Notes: generated by a model not told the origin, from the letters alone. 64,000 nucleotides of DNA from Eledone cirrhosa (GCA_964016885.1 OZ024747.1:20088001-20152000), one strand, 5' to 3'; counted from the first letter of the stretch, positions 40,557 to 55,036 are shown. Numbers and translations: made by a program.

Positions 40557-41348
40557 TCTATTTTTATATCCCTATATGAAGAAGAGCAGCCATATACCCC
40601 CTTGAACAAGAATGCAATATACCTGCCGTGGTATATGCAGCAGAAATGGACACGATGCAAGCGAACCAGCTGCAGGAGGTCAAGCCATGTCTGAGAATGC
40701 CGGGGGTTCATTTAAAGGCCGTTTCCTTCACCATTAAATGATCTTTAGGCACCCAGACGATTTCTGCCTCGAAATTTGAAATCCACGTGTAGTAAAACAA
40801 TGTGATTGGCACAACTGTGTGTGTGTATGCGTGTATATTTCATTTATTATATTTTATGTGACATTAGATAATTTGTTTTTTTAGAAACAAAACATTGTCT
40901 TACTTTATCTATCTTACTCCGAAAATTTATCTCTACGTTTTGGTACAATTTCCTGAGGCTTTGAGTTACTCCAGTAACTTACGTTCAGTGATTACAATAG
41001 TGTTTATATACTACTTAATACATATAGTTTCACATACGTATACATACACAAACATATACAGACTTATACAGACATACAAACATACATATATATATAATGT
41101 ACTGGGTAATTGCTGGGCTTTAGGCACCCAGACGATTTCTGCCTCGAAATTTGAAATCCATTTGAAATATATATATATATGAAAGACGTAAATAAGAAAG
41201 TTATGAAAATTGACTTACACACTAAAATTTCACTCCAACTAATTTATTTCTGTAAGGGGATAAATATGGTTACGGAGCGTATCCACAGAGAAGCCTTACG
41301 TCATCAGGTAGTCTATTCTCAGCTAAGTTTCCAGGCAATATATATATA

Positions 41349-41597
41349 ATTGTTTCTACTTTAGGCACAAGGCCAGCAATGTTGCAGTTCATTACTGGTA
41401 CTTTATTTTATCGACCCCGTAAGGATGAAAGGCAAAGTCAACCTCGGCGGGATTTGAACTCAGATCGTAAAGGGACGTAACTATGCTGGAAAGCATGGCG
41501 TCCGACCCTCTACAGATACTGCCAAAATATTAATTGTTTCTATTTATAGCACAAGCCCAGCAATTACCCAGTACATTACTGGTAATTTAATTTATCT
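41349..41597 (-). mobile_element. Major-family SINE plus an adjacent 3' fragment
   Basis: Copy at 41349-41525 and tail fragment at 41532-41597, both reverse complement of consensus. Confidence 0.92.
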
Positions 41598-43319
41598 TTA
41601 TAAAACCATATTTATTTTATTATATTTATTTCAAGGCTACCAACATTTTTTGGTACGCTCTCATCAGATAAAATACAAAAGTTATTTTATAGATAGTGAC
41701 ATATTCAAGAACAAGAACTTATCGTTTTAAGTTCTCTTTGAATATATATATATATATACACATATATATGTATATATATATATCAATTTATAGATGCATT
41801 TATATATGTGTGTGTGTTGTGTATCTGTGAGTGTGTAACCACACACACACACTAATACACACCAATATGTGTATTCGAAGTAAAGTGAATTATTACAATC
41901 ATTTTTTTTTTCGTTGTTGTATATCATTCTCTTTTTCTACTTCAGTATAAAACATTTCTACGTTTTAAATTAAAAATTGTAACTGGATTTAAACTTTCAG
42001 AGTATTTTTCAACGTCCTCTTAAATTCTAATGAGTTAATCCATTAAACAAACTAAATGAAAAACAAAATATTTCTTGATAGCCGAATTTTGCAATTTTCA
42101 CCAACAAATTTGTTTAATTTTTCTAATTAAGCAAAATTCAAAAGAATGAATTTAAAATATAGTTCAGCTAAATTTCCAATAAAAAAAATAAATAAATAAA
42201 CACAAAAGTCACTTAAGAAGAGAATGACATCATGACAAATATAATTCAATATAATAAAACATTGAATGCTTAAAAAAACAAAACAATTAAATAAGTCACT
42301 ACTTTATTAATAAATTAATGCATTTCAGATGGCAAATGATGACACTCCCTGATAATGGTGATTATGATGGGGATGATGATAATAATAATTGTGATGATGT
42401 TGATAATTACGAATGCCCAAATAAGACGTTTTAATGAACGTGAAATCTTATTTCGAGTAAATTATTTCATTCAATTGCAAAGAAATACATAAAATTTGAA
42501 AACACAGTAACACCAGCACGAACGGTGCTACAAGCATACTGTGTGAAAATATAGACCAAGCATGAGGAAATTAGTCAAGTGATCAATTGGGAAATGACAA
42601 ACTATAGGAATATCGCAAACAGGAGCAACCATAACAATCGAGAATCTCAACAACTTATTTGGAAGAGAACGCACACTGTGAAACAAATGGTCTATTACAC
42701 TGTAGAAAGAAAGAAAGTGATATCCTTGCATCCCAGAGGGAGAAAAGAAATATAACAACCCACAAGGGGAGATAACTAACAATGGTAGCCGACGTCCCTT
42801 GCGTGAAAAGTCGCGAAAGTAGTGAGGCCTAAATGTTATAGAGAGCGACAACGGTAAGATTGAAAGTCAGTGAAAAATGGTGAGTGAAAACAGCAGAATG
42901 AAAAATGAACTGTTCCGAACATCATGTATACACAGATACATATGTATATATATATATGTTCTGTGTTGGGTGGTTGTGTATGTATGTATGTATGTATGTA
43001 TGTATGTATGTATGTATGTATGTATGTATGTATGTATGTATGTATGTATGTATGTATGTATGTATGTATGTATGTATGTATGCATGCATGCATGTACGTA
43101 TGTATGTATGCATGTACGTATGTATATATGTTTTCAATGCGTCTGTTTGTAAACATGTTTATGTATCTCTAAAATCGCACATTTATATTTAGTATATAAT
43201 GTCAAATATAAAAAAAATGCGAACGTGCGTATCGTCATTTCACTTTGAAGTTTCATTTCATCAGTATTCTACATTACACACTCACACACACATAAATATA
43301 TAGACAGCGTCACCCCATA

Positions 43320-43361
<42 letters not shown>

Positions 43362-43411
43362 TACACACACATATATATAAATATACATATATATTATGTA
43401 TATATGTATAA

Positions 43412-43570
<159 letters not shown>

Positions 43571-43943
43571 AATATATATAGTTGTGTGTGTATGTATATG
43601 TGTATATGTATGTATTCACAAACACACAAGGATAGAGAAAGAGCGAGAGATGGAGAAAGAGAACGAAGAGAACATTTGTTTGCTATTACAATTGGATGAT
43701 TTCAATGGTAAAAGAAAAACTCAGGGACTTCCCAATCTCTGATAGCATTTTGTAAAATAAATTCAATTTCTTTTGTGATTTATTTCTTCATTCTCCCATT
43801 TTAGATTGCTCTTTGTTTTGTTTTTTCTCTATATTTTCATTGCTATCATTTTCTTTTTTTTTTTCCTATATGGAAATTTAAATGATAATATACTTATATT
43901 TAATCAAAATAAAAGACTTTTTTTTATTAACAACAGCAACAAT

Positions 43944-44045
<102 letters not shown>

Positions 44046-44467
44046 CGTAGTAGTAGTAGTAGTAGTAGTAGTAGAATGTAGTAAAACAGCAACAATAACA
44101 ACGATCACAACTACAACAGCAACGAAATTATATCAATAGAAGTAATCATAAGACAAGTAAAAGTAACAATATCTATCGGCTCATTGTCAAAACTAAAAAT
44201 AACAATCATTTCAAAACAACAAATTCAACCGAAATGACAATAACAAAGATATCAAAAACAACAACGTTAACTACGACATCAAGCCCAAAGCTTAAAAAAA
44301 TTATTATAAGAGCACGAACATAGAGGAAACAAGGTTCCCTAGAATAGCATATAAAACATTGGCAACGCAATATGAGTATAACAATTGTATCAACATGAAC
44401 ATGTCAATACTGAATGCTGCGAGAGAGAGGGGAGGAGAAAAGGGTGTAAGGGGGAGAGACGGGGGAA

Positions 44468-44512
<45 letters not shown>

Positions 44513-44664
44513 CAGAGAAGGGGTAAATAGAGATGGGGGGGGTGAGGGTGAGGGTCATAGATGGGAAGTGAGAGAGAGTAAGACAGCGTAATAATGACTG
44601 GGAAATTAACAACATAACCGTTACTACTAAAATCGATGAATATATCAATAAATATATATTATAT

Positions 44665-44900
44665 CTTCTTCTTCTTCTTCTTCTTCTTCTTCTTCTTCTT
44701 CTTCTTCTTCTTCTTCTTCTTCTTCTTCTTCTTCTTCTTCTTCTTCTTCAATAGTGCTCAAACACTCCTTCCAGCGGGTCTTATCAGAAGCAACCATCTC
44801 TAATTGATCCGGCTGAATCCCAAAGCGGTATTTGGCTATTGTCTCTGATCTCTTCGATTCTGTGTTGGATGTTGGTTTTAAGAGAGGGGCTGAACTGTCC
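44665..44900 (-). mobile_element. 3' end of an RTE-like LINE with (GAA)n tail
   Basis: Minus strand translates FGIQPDQLEMVASDKTRWKECL, running into (GAA)n. Confidence 0.65.
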
Positions 44901-45366
44901 AGCTATCACCATCTAGCTATCTACAACTTATAGGGTGACATAGAGGATAAGTGGGATCCGTTGGTGGATAAGAAAGTAAGGACCAGATATATAGATACTA
45001 TAGCATCGACATTCAGAGAGCGCCCTGGGAAAACTGAGGACTTTGAGATAGAGTGGACGTTGTTCAGCTCAGAAGTTTCTACTGCAGCTGTTAAATGCTG
45101 CGTTTAAAATAGGCTTAGTGTGGCGCCGTATTACAGAAAGATCTATTGGTTCAATCAAGAGGTCAAGGATACCATCTGAGCAAAGAAGGGGCATACAAAT
45201 CTTGCCTTGGAAATACGTTCACCTTCTTGCAACTGTGGTACAAGAGGGCACGAAGAATTGCAGCAGAGACAGTAAAGAGGTCCAAAATTAAGACAGGAGG
45301 TGACTTTGCGGTTTAGGTGTAATCCGATTTCAGATTAGGGATATTATATATTATTATTAGGGAGAT

Positions 45367-45514
45367 GTTTGAAGCATAGAGTTACGTCCCTTTATGATCT
45401 GAGTTCAAATCCCGCCGAGGTTAACTTTGCCTTTCATCCTTACGGAGTCGATAAAATAAAGTACCAGTAATGCACTGGATTAATTGCTGGCCTTGTGCCA
45501 AAAGTAGAAACAAT
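45367..45514 (+). mobile_element. 5'-truncated major-family SINE
   Basis: B-box, body and tail match consensus. Confidence 0.92.
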
Positions 45515-46600
45515 TTTTAGGGACATATTATTTTTTTTCCAGATTCACAACTCCTCATTCTTTCCCGATGAACGACTACTATCCGATATATTGAAACTTT
45601 CCTTTCAATTCTGATACAAATTGCCGACTAATAATTACATTGAATCAACTAAAAAAAAGAGAGCATGGAGAAGGGTGGTATAACCTGATGAAATTAGTTT
45701 ATATAATATTCCAAGATTCCTACATTTAGATTTAGGTATATATTCGATCCTATATATATTATCTAGTTAATAATGTAATCTGAACGATTTAGATGTTACT
45801 GCAAGTGGCAACTAAATGTCAACTCACTTTATTGTTTAGTTGGAGATGTTTTACTTTTATGGTTTTATCTAAACATATTGGCTGATGTTAAATTTCGAAT
45901 ATATTTTCGTTTTGTTGTAGCTTTTTCTTATCACTATGCAGACAATTACATTGGCTCTGCAAATATCTCATAGCAATCACATAAAGAAAGATTTAAAGGA
46001 CATGTTTAGCCGTAGAAACTAGTCACCATCATTGATATACAAGAAGCAGCTTCTAACCGTATCAAATATATTATTTTTATTTTTATTTTGACACTGCATG
46101 TTTTCAAGACAATTGGGAATTTTATTTTACAAACCCACTTATTTGCATATTTACTTCTTTTTTCTTTGCAAAAGCTGAATGACACCGCTGAGGCGTGTGA
46201 GGAACCTATTGTAAACAATCTATTTAGAAGTATTCAACAATTGAAGTATTTACTATTAGTCAGACACATTCAAGCTTTTACAGATTTTAAAGACTTTTTC
46301 TGTAGTATTTTAAAAATCAACACTTAGGAATATCGAAACGTATGCACGCACATATTTTTGTGCCTCAGATCATTTAAACTAGAATTTTTAGCTTCAGGAC
46401 AGAAGGAAACAAAAATGAAAACAACTTCTATTATGTTGTTTATCCCGTGAGCAGTGAATTAGTATTATCATTACAGACACAAAATACTATGTGGTATTTA
46501 GTTACAGCTCTTTATGTTCTGAGTTCAAACACCACCGAGGTCAAATTTGCTTTTCATCCACCTGAAATCAATGAAATAAAGTGCCAGTAATGTGCTAGAA

Positions 46601-46897
46601 CAGTCATGGGTAACCTGCGGTCCGCAAAGCTTACTGAATGGCTCGCCTAAGCCACCTAAGGGAAATCTTTCTGATTTTTTTTACCTCAACTTTTCGGTCG
46701 TAATTTATGTTTCTATCATTTTTACGATCGAGGAAAACAGTGTGTACGAGATCTGAAGAAACAAAATCAAAATCAAAACAACCTGAATTACCGCCCTTTT
46801 TTTAATGTCGGCACGAATGTAAATCACACTTGCGGCCCGCCTGATGATGAGCCATATGTCATGAAGCCCGCTTCTCGAAAAAGGTTGCCCATGCCTG
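46601..46897. mobile_element. hAT-type MITE inserted into an older SINE copy (about 46450-47000)
   Basis: TIRs cagtcatgggtaacct / aggttgcccatgcctg; 8-bp TSD tgctagaa / tgctaaaa; SINE body on the left and SINE tail on the right. Confidence 0.88.
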
Positions 46898-48339
46898 TGC
46901 TAAAATCTAGGACATGTCGATTATATCGAATCTAGCAACTAGATTCGATATAATCGACATTCCTCTCCACCAAATGGCTGGGATTTTTACCTACATTATA
47001 AGCAAGAGCGTTGAATTGGCAGAGTCGTTAGAACTTTCGACAAATGACTGCATTATTTGTATTGTCTCTCTCCAATATCCGTTCATTCTCACTGCGACGC
47101 AATTAGACACGTGACATTATATGTGAGTTGAGCAATACAAAGTTGGTGAAAATTTGTGAGGTTTGTAGGGCATTTTTTGAAGATGTTTATGTTTACGCCA
47201 ATGGACTGATCGTTTGTTTTGTATTTTGTTTTTGCTGTTTCAGTTGCTTCTAGTCCCGATATAAGTGTTGTTGATAATAGAGCTGGTATTAGTGTTTCTT
47301 TTGTACTTCTGATAGTAGTGTTACTCTTTGTGACGCTAATTTCGCTGTCTCTTTCTACTGTAACAGCTACAGTTTTCTACTGTAGCTGTTACTGATATTG
47401 CTGTTGTTGCTATTGCTGCTGTGTTTGTTATTCATTGCTGTTATGATTATAATTATAGCAACAATGAATAACAGCCAATAATTATTGGTATTAGTTTTGG
47501 TAATACTATTTCTGCCACTGCGACTGAGTTCATTCTGCTACTATTTCTGTTACTATTGTCATTCCTACTTCTGTCAGTACTGCTGCTGTTACTGCTAGTG
47601 TTGTTGCTGTTACAAATGTTGTTGCTCTTGCTGTTGCTGCCAACATATTTGGCATTGTTGTCAATTGTTTGCCTACTCACGCTTTTTTTTTTTTTCAATA
47701 ACAAGATAAATCCGTCTGGAACATGAAAAGAAGTTGGAGATATGGAGAAGAAGAAGATCGGAGATGAAGAGAGTGTGATAACAGTTGAGAAAATGAAATG
47801 TAAAGGATGGCGTAGGTGATGAGGTGCTGGGAGAGTAATTCATGATGGGAGCCAATAGAAAAGAAGAAAATATGGCTAGAGGATGCCTGTTCGGAGTGGG
47901 TAAATGTCTTGGAAATCGATGAAGTGGAACAAAACATTCAACGTGGAAAGTATTGAACCATGAACGCTAGCATGTGTTAATCTCAAACTTTCGGTTGGTG
48001 TTAGACTAAAGATAAGAATCTATAGTATTGTTTAACCTTATTTTATTTCTTTTGAGCTCATATGACCAACTATTTCCCAGCCGTGACTATCCAGTCTGTA
48101 CCACGAAATCATGAGCATCACACGTCTTATTTTCCAAGGTGAATCTTTATGAGTTCAGGAATATATTGCCTATTATTTCTAACAGATCAAGCGATCATTA
48201 ATAAACTTCTTTGTTACTGCCTGTGAAGTTTTACCAGTGAATGTTGTGTTATTGATGTTACTGTTGTTGATGTCCTTGATATTTTATTTATCATTGGTTG
48301 TGTTTTTAAAATAGCTGCTGTTAGATGTGTTTAGTGTTA

Positions 48340-48740
48340 TTGGCAGTATCGGTAGAGAGTCGGACACCATGCTTTGAAGCATAGAGTTACCTCCCTTTAT
48401 GATCTGAGTTCAAATCCCGCCGAGGTTAACTTTGCCTTTCATCCTTACGGGGTCGATAAAATAAAGTACCAGTAATGTACTGGGTAATTGCTGGCCTTGT
48501 GCCTAAAGTAGAAACAATTATTATTGAACATGTTAGAGCGGTGGATTGGTAGTATCGGTAGAGGGTCGGACGCCATGCTTTGCAGCATAGAGTTACGGCC
48601 CTTTGTGATCTGAGTTCAAATCCCGCCGCGGTTAACTTTGCCTTTCATCCTCACGGGGTCGATAAAATAAAGTACGGTTTAATCGACTTTCCCCTCCCCC
48701 CAAATTGATGGCATTGTGCCTATATAAGAAACCATTATTG
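48340..48740 (+). mobile_element. Two head-to-tail major-family SINEs
   Basis: 48340-48525 (short-tail type) and 48535-48740 (long-tail type); ttattgaacatgtt / ttgttgaacacgtt flank the second copy. Confidence 0.93.
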
Positions 48741-49983
48741 TTGAACACGTTGATGGAAGAGCTACTGTTATATTTGTTGCTACTGTTGCTATTGGACCTA
48801 TGGTTGTGGTGTTGAATATAGAATTTTCCTTGATATTATTACTGTTGAATATATTGATGGTATAAGAGCTGTTATTGCTGTTCCTGGGGTTGGTTTGACC
48901 ATGCTGATTATATTGCTTATGTTAATGTGAAAAATAACCTTATTAGAGTTATTGTTGATTATCACATAGGTCACTTGTGATGACGGTGAATAAAGATCAG
49001 AGGAATTTCACCTAAAGACATCTAATATCTTTTTTGACCGTTGTCTATCTCGGGCTTACTATCCACTACGTCATATCTTTCGAAGACACTCGGACATGAT
49101 ATAAGGAAAGCATGGCTGCTATTTCAGGCCACTGAAGGTAACACACTGACACAGCACGTCTTTCTGGCGGTGTTATCCATAATGCTGTTATTAGTAATGT
49201 CACTCTTGTTATTTTTTAGCACCAAATCTGTCATGTTCCAGAAGATCTATTAGCAAATGCGTTTCAGTTGTTACTCTCCCGTATTTTTCCAGACAGCGTA
49301 CATAAAATTATATTTTCAAATATATCCTTCCGTTATACTTAGAAAAAGCAGAGTGTGATTTGAGTAATATTTGACTGCTGTTAAGCAAAACCATAGATTT
49401 TCGATTGATATTGTAGAGTTTATTATTGTTCTTCGCATTGATAAGAATTGTGTTGGTAAATCTTTGCTCTTAGCACTTGCTTGTAATTATTAGTGGTTTT
49501 CATTAGCCCTAGAAGAAACCTTATAAATCGAGCTGTATATGACGCATGTAGACAGCATCACTAAGTGGTGCAAACTAGATTTTCCCAATCTTATCGTATA
49601 TATGTCTGTCTGAGAACCATATTGCACACTCCGATATGCAGTAACTATGGTATTACTTTCTTTATGCTTGCAAACGAATAAATACATTTATGTAATCAAA
49701 TTTTAATTTTGTTTTTAAATTTTGACAAATCATGCCGTAAAATCTCTCGGTTTGCAAATGAGGTTAATCAGGTGATGTATACTTTAGAAAATACTATATA
49801 TTTTCAACAGTTCAAACGAGTGGCTGAGAAGTACACAGTTTTGACGAAGAAAAGGGCAATAACCCAGAAACATGTTAACTTTTCTTTGGAGCCACTGTTG
49901 AATGATTGGGTGACGATGGTCATCAAAAAAATAAATAAATAAATAAAAATAGCGTACGGAGGTTGTGTGCATGCAAAGGAATA

Positions 49984-50200
49984 AATTGGCAGAATCGGTA
50001 GAGCGTAGGACAAAATGGTTTGCAGTATTTAGTTATGGCCCTTTACGTTCTAAGTTCAAATCCCGCCGAGATTAGCTTTGCCTTTCATCCTTACGGGGTC
50101 GATAACATAAAGTACCAGTAATGTACTGGGGTTTATTTAGTCGACTTTGCCCTTCCCATCAAATTTCTGGTCTTGTTCAAAATGCAGAAACAATTATCAT
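49984..50200 (+). mobile_element. Major-family SINE
   Basis: A/B boxes, body and tail. Confidence 0.9.
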
Positions 50201-50253
50201 TATTCGATAAAAAACACATAGCTATAGATATTATATAATATCTAATATAATAT

Positions 50254-50288
<35 letters not shown>

Positions 50289-51104
50289 TATATAACAACT
50301 CATTTAACTATATTATATATTTTGTTTATTTTTTCCTTTTCATCTTTACATTCCCTTGAATGATATCTTAAATATTTACAGCACTCCAAGTTTTTATTAC
50401 TTCTATTTAAGAGGCCTGAATTGATTTCCTTCTTTCTTTCCTTCAATTTTTATGTTAAATTCATAATTCATATTCATAGATATTCCCAACTTGTTTAGTC
50501 TTTACAACCGATATAAAACTGACATTCGGATATTCATTATTATTCATTTTATTCTATCATATTATTATTACTGCTGACGGTGTTTCTAAAGAGGGGGGAC
50601 GCCAAAATCAGTGTAGCAGCAATATTTGGTTATATAATCGTGTTATGGTTAGGGTTTATAAAATACCAAGGTAAATTTTACCTGTCATTCTACTGATAAA
50701 ATAAATACTAGTCAAAAGCTGGATACATTTTATCAGCTTACAACTCCCTTGAAATTGAGGACCATTTTCCTAAATTAAAAATCATTATTATTGTTGTTGT
50801 TGTTGTCATTGATGGCGTTGATGTTGTTGCAGGTTTCAACATTTATGGTTATATGTGAGTCTAGATTTAGCTGAGGACTGCTTTTCCTATCATATTTCCA
50901 TATTTCCATAAGTTCCATTCATGTAGTAACGAATACTCTTAAAATTCGTACCTTGGGCCTGCCTGAAAAAAATCATCATTATGTGTTTTAGTGTTTCTAA
51001 ATATACATAAACAGCCACACAATACATACATATATATATGCATTTATACACACACACAGACACACACACAGACACACACACAGACACACACACAGACACA
51101 CACA

Positions 51105-51172
<68 letters not shown>

Positions 51173-51173
<1 letters not shown>

Positions 51174-51731
51174 TTATATATATATATATGAAAAGTTGTA
51201 ACTCCTGTCTGTTTGTTTGTTCACGAACTCCTATGATTTTGGAGATAGAGCACATAACCATATATATTCTGAAACTACATTGTCCAGGGTACTTGGATAT
51301 TTTATTTTGATCAAAGTGTTCCCCGGGGTCACAAACCTCCAATGACAAGATATGATGCTTATTCACTAAATTTCAGCAAATTTCAATAATATTAAGACAC
51401 CCTAATGGGAGCTAAACCCCTTAAAGTGAAAATTTTGGAAGCCCATAACTTGAGTATTGCAACCTCTATTATCACGGGGGTTTTCTATTAATTAAACGTA
51501 AATCTACAAAAAAAGCACTTCTCTTTTATAGTAAAATTTGGCTAATTTAGACATTTTATCTATGGCAAAACATCACCAGAATTATGACAACAAAAATTAT
51601 TAGTCGATGCCTCTAATTTTTTAACATTTTTCCTTTATTTTTTCTCCATAAATTATATCACTGATTTAAAATCAATCATTTTCTTACAAAAAAAAAAAAG
51701 TGTGAAACGCAGCAAGGCGCGGGTAATTCGG

Positions 51732-51735
<4 letters not shown>
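51173..51735 (+). mobile_element. Small non-autonomous Helitron (second family)
   Basis: 5' T(T)TATATATA...gtctgtttgtttgttcacg; 3' hairpin cgcagc-aag-gcgcg followed about 10 nt later by CTAA|T. Confidence 0.65.
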
Positions 51736-51778
<43 letters not shown>

Positions 51779-51782
<4 letters not shown>

Positions 51783-51960
51783 GGTTTCTGCAGGACTAGA
51801 ACTGTTTCATTCGGGAGAAAACAACAGGAAGCCCTGATGATTTCTCCCAAATGAAACTGTTCTAGTCCTGTAGAAGCCATTTCTATATTAAATATTTATA
51901 CTCTGCTATGTATTGAGTACCTTACTCACTGTGGTTACCCCCGATTGAACCCGGGATAAA
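51779..51960 (+). mobile_element. Fold-back hammerhead element, family B
   Basis: Inverted arm 51779-51833 (core CTGTTGT, degenerate) abuts a plus-strand CTGATGA-TTTCTCCCAAAT-GAAAC...GTA-GAAGCC (51834-51878); tail homologous to the reverse complement of 62226-62295; between (TA)n and (CA)n. Confidence 0.82.
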
Positions 51961-51961
51961 C

Positions 51962-52053
<92 letters not shown>

Positions 52054-52221
52054 TGTATATGTATGTTGAATATAATTTGTCATTTCATATCGAAGTTTAC
52101 CCTTCTTGTAAATTGTTTCAGTAACATTATAGGAAATTTCGTTCATAACCAAACACCCGGACAACAGTTTTCAAAAATTTGTATTGAGTGCAACTGCCAA
52201 ATTTGGTTGTTGTAATAATGT

Positions 52222-52590
52222 TTCTATGTTTGACACAAGGCCAGCAATTACCCCAGTGCATTACTGGTGCCTTATTTTATCTACCACGTAAAGATGAAAG
52301 GCAAAGTTAATCTCGGCGGATTTGAACTCAGAACGTAAAGGTCCATAACTCTCTGCTGCAAACATGGTGTCTGACGTTCTACCGATATTGCCAAACAATA
52401 ATTGTTTCTACTTTTGGCACAAGGCCAGCAATTAACCAGTACATTACTGGTACTTTATTTTATCGACCCCGTAAGGATGAAAGGCAAAGTTAACCTCGGC
52501 GGGATTTGAACTCAGAATGATAAGGGCCGTAACGCTATGCGTCAAAGCATGGCGTCCGACCCTCTACCGATACTGCCAATCCACCGCCCA
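52222..52590 (-). mobile_element. Two head-to-tail major-family SINEs
   Basis: 52222-52393 and 52398-52590, reverse complement of consensus. Confidence 0.93.
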
Positions 52591-53627
52591 ACTGTCAAAC
52601 AATAATAACAGCTAGAATGTGTACACACAGAGACATTTTGATATTGCCTATGGCAACCACATCTCTAACTAGAGACCTGGGATCATTAAGTAAGGGTCAT
52701 TTCTTCTAAGGTGAACCGACACGCACCGCATTTACACTACATACATTTCATAAGGCCATGCTGGTCGGAAAATTCGGAAATATCTTATATCATTATATAT
52801 CTACCATTGGTGCTTGTATTTTCTACTGTTTCCCCTTATGGTTTGGTGCTTCTTTCGTGTATCTTGAGAATCTAGATAAGATCAAAAGAAGAATCAGCAA
52901 CATTATTCGTTCCTGACTTATCATTTCAGCTTCAAACACTATCACACAGTAGAACTGTTGCCTCTCTGATTTTTTATATAAATATTTTCATGTGTCTTCC
53001 TCTTTGTTGCCTTGCTTTTACGAATTTAAATGGAATACCAGATATTCGTCCTCACTTATCATTTCAACTTCAATCACTATCCCACAGTAGGATTGTTGCC
53101 TCTCTGGCAGCTAGGTATCATTGATTTGCATCTGTAGTTCCTACAGGCAATCGCATATTTTATTCTGATACTTTCTCTTCCCCAACCCTGCACATCTAAC
53201 CGATGGAATTTTCTTCCGGCTTCTTGCTTTTCTTAACAGCACATTTTGTAAAAGTTCAAAAGCAACATCAGTAGCCATCTCTCTCCTTCAATTACCTTCT
53301 CTCTGTCTTTTTCATCTCCCTTCTCAATAACCACTTGCAATTTAGTGGCTTTGTTGCTTTCCTTCGGCTGGGCAAAAATCGATGCATTGGTGAGTAACTA
53401 CTGTATCAGATTAAATTCATCCCTGGACAGAAGAATCGAAAGATAATCAAATAAATGAAAAAGTAGATGGTGAAATAGGAACTTCCTCAAATAAAATGGT
53501 ATAGTGGATGACCAAATGAGTAGAATGTCTGACAAAATTGGAGGTTGGATGATAGAATCAGCGTGAGTGTAAAATAGGTTACTATTTTGTGATGCATTTC
53601 TAAGTTCTAAGATCTCTATATTAAATA

Positions 53628-53699
53628 GTCAATACAATTCATTGTTACCTTCACTGGAATTGTCAATACAATTCATTGTTACCTTCACTGGAATTGTCA
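53628..53699. repeat. Perfect 34-bp tandem duplication
   Basis: gtcaatacaattcattgttaccttcactggaatt twice, with gtca microhomology. Confidence 0.92.
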
Positions 53700-54359
53700 G
53701 AAATTGTGTTATATTTATTTATTATTCACAAATTTCATAAAACGTACAAACTTATAAGGTATGATATACACCGGCTTTTACGCTCTAACTGATAGAAAGA
53801 AAACCTAAGTCCACTTCCTATCCCACTTCACTGTGTTGAAACACGTTGGACAGTTTAACATTAAATATTTTCATTAAATGAAGAAATAGTCGCTTCGATT
53901 ACAGCTAACTACGGTCTAAACAACTACGACATCCTATGACTGACGATTTGCAAATGTTGATACTTGTCATGCCATGAATCAGTTATCCTATATATGGTAG
54001 TGCAATTGATTTTGAAGTGGCGTATAGCTTATCGTATTTCTAACGGACAAATCTCTTTGAAGTTGGGATACCAATTAGTCTCTTTATAAGCGAGAGAAAT
54101 AGCAGTACTTTAGTCACACGGCCTATTTCAGGCTGCAAACATTCCAACAGCCCACTACAAACAATATAAAAAGAATATAAGGAAAAGAAATGTTTATTTT
54201 ATTTTATTTTATTTGAGAATATAACGTTGGCAATAAGGCTGTATCATTCAGTTTCAGTCTATTAAATTGATCACAGCATCAGTTCATTTCTTCAAAAGCA
54301 ATTTCTGTTAATAAAATCTATTTAATTTTGTAACAGTTAATTTCCACAAGATAACGTAC

Positions 54360-54538
54360 AACAACAATAACAGCAGCTACACAGATAACAATAACAACAG
54401 CAACAACAGTAATGCCACTACCACCGCCAACAACACCAACAGCAACATAAAAACATTAACAACAGCATCAACAATATTAGATGTAATAGAAATAGAGTAA
54501 TATAAGCAGCAATAGCAAATGAGCATGAGCGACAGCGA

Positions 54539-54588
<50 letters not shown>

Positions 54589-54686
54589 GCAATTGCAATA
54601 AACTTGGCAGTGACGACAAAAGGAATAGAGATGAGCAATGAAAATAGCAACAACAACAACAGTAACATTTACTACTACTACTGCTG

Positions 54687-54745
<59 letters not shown>

Positions 54746-54909
54746 GCTGCTGCTGATGATGATGATTGCTGATGTTGCCGGTGATGATGTTGCAATGAAA
54801 ATGGCGACAACAACAATTATTGTTGTCGAAAATAGCGACAACAACTACTATTACTACTACTACTGATTTTACAATGAAAATAGCAACAACAACAACAATA
54901 CAAACAATA

Positions 54910-54976
<67 letters not shown>

Positions 54977-55036
54977 TTACTGCTGCTGCTGCTGCAGCAA
55001 CAACAAGAACAAATATTACAACAACAACAACTACTA

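Noticed and set aside
41262-41310. Minus-strand CCTGATGA...CGTAAC
   Set aside because: GAAA box mutated and no convincing helix I or III.
41636-41670. Minus-strand CTGATGA-GAGCGTACC-AAAAAATGTTGGTA
   Set aside because: Resembles a minimal hammerhead but lacks G12 and a stable helix II.
46140-46215. Possible splice acceptor and micro-exon
   Set aside because: No good donor site and no recognisable peptide.
49800-49942. Possible exon after ttttcaacag
   Set aside because: No clear donor and no homology I can recognise; would need RNA-seq.
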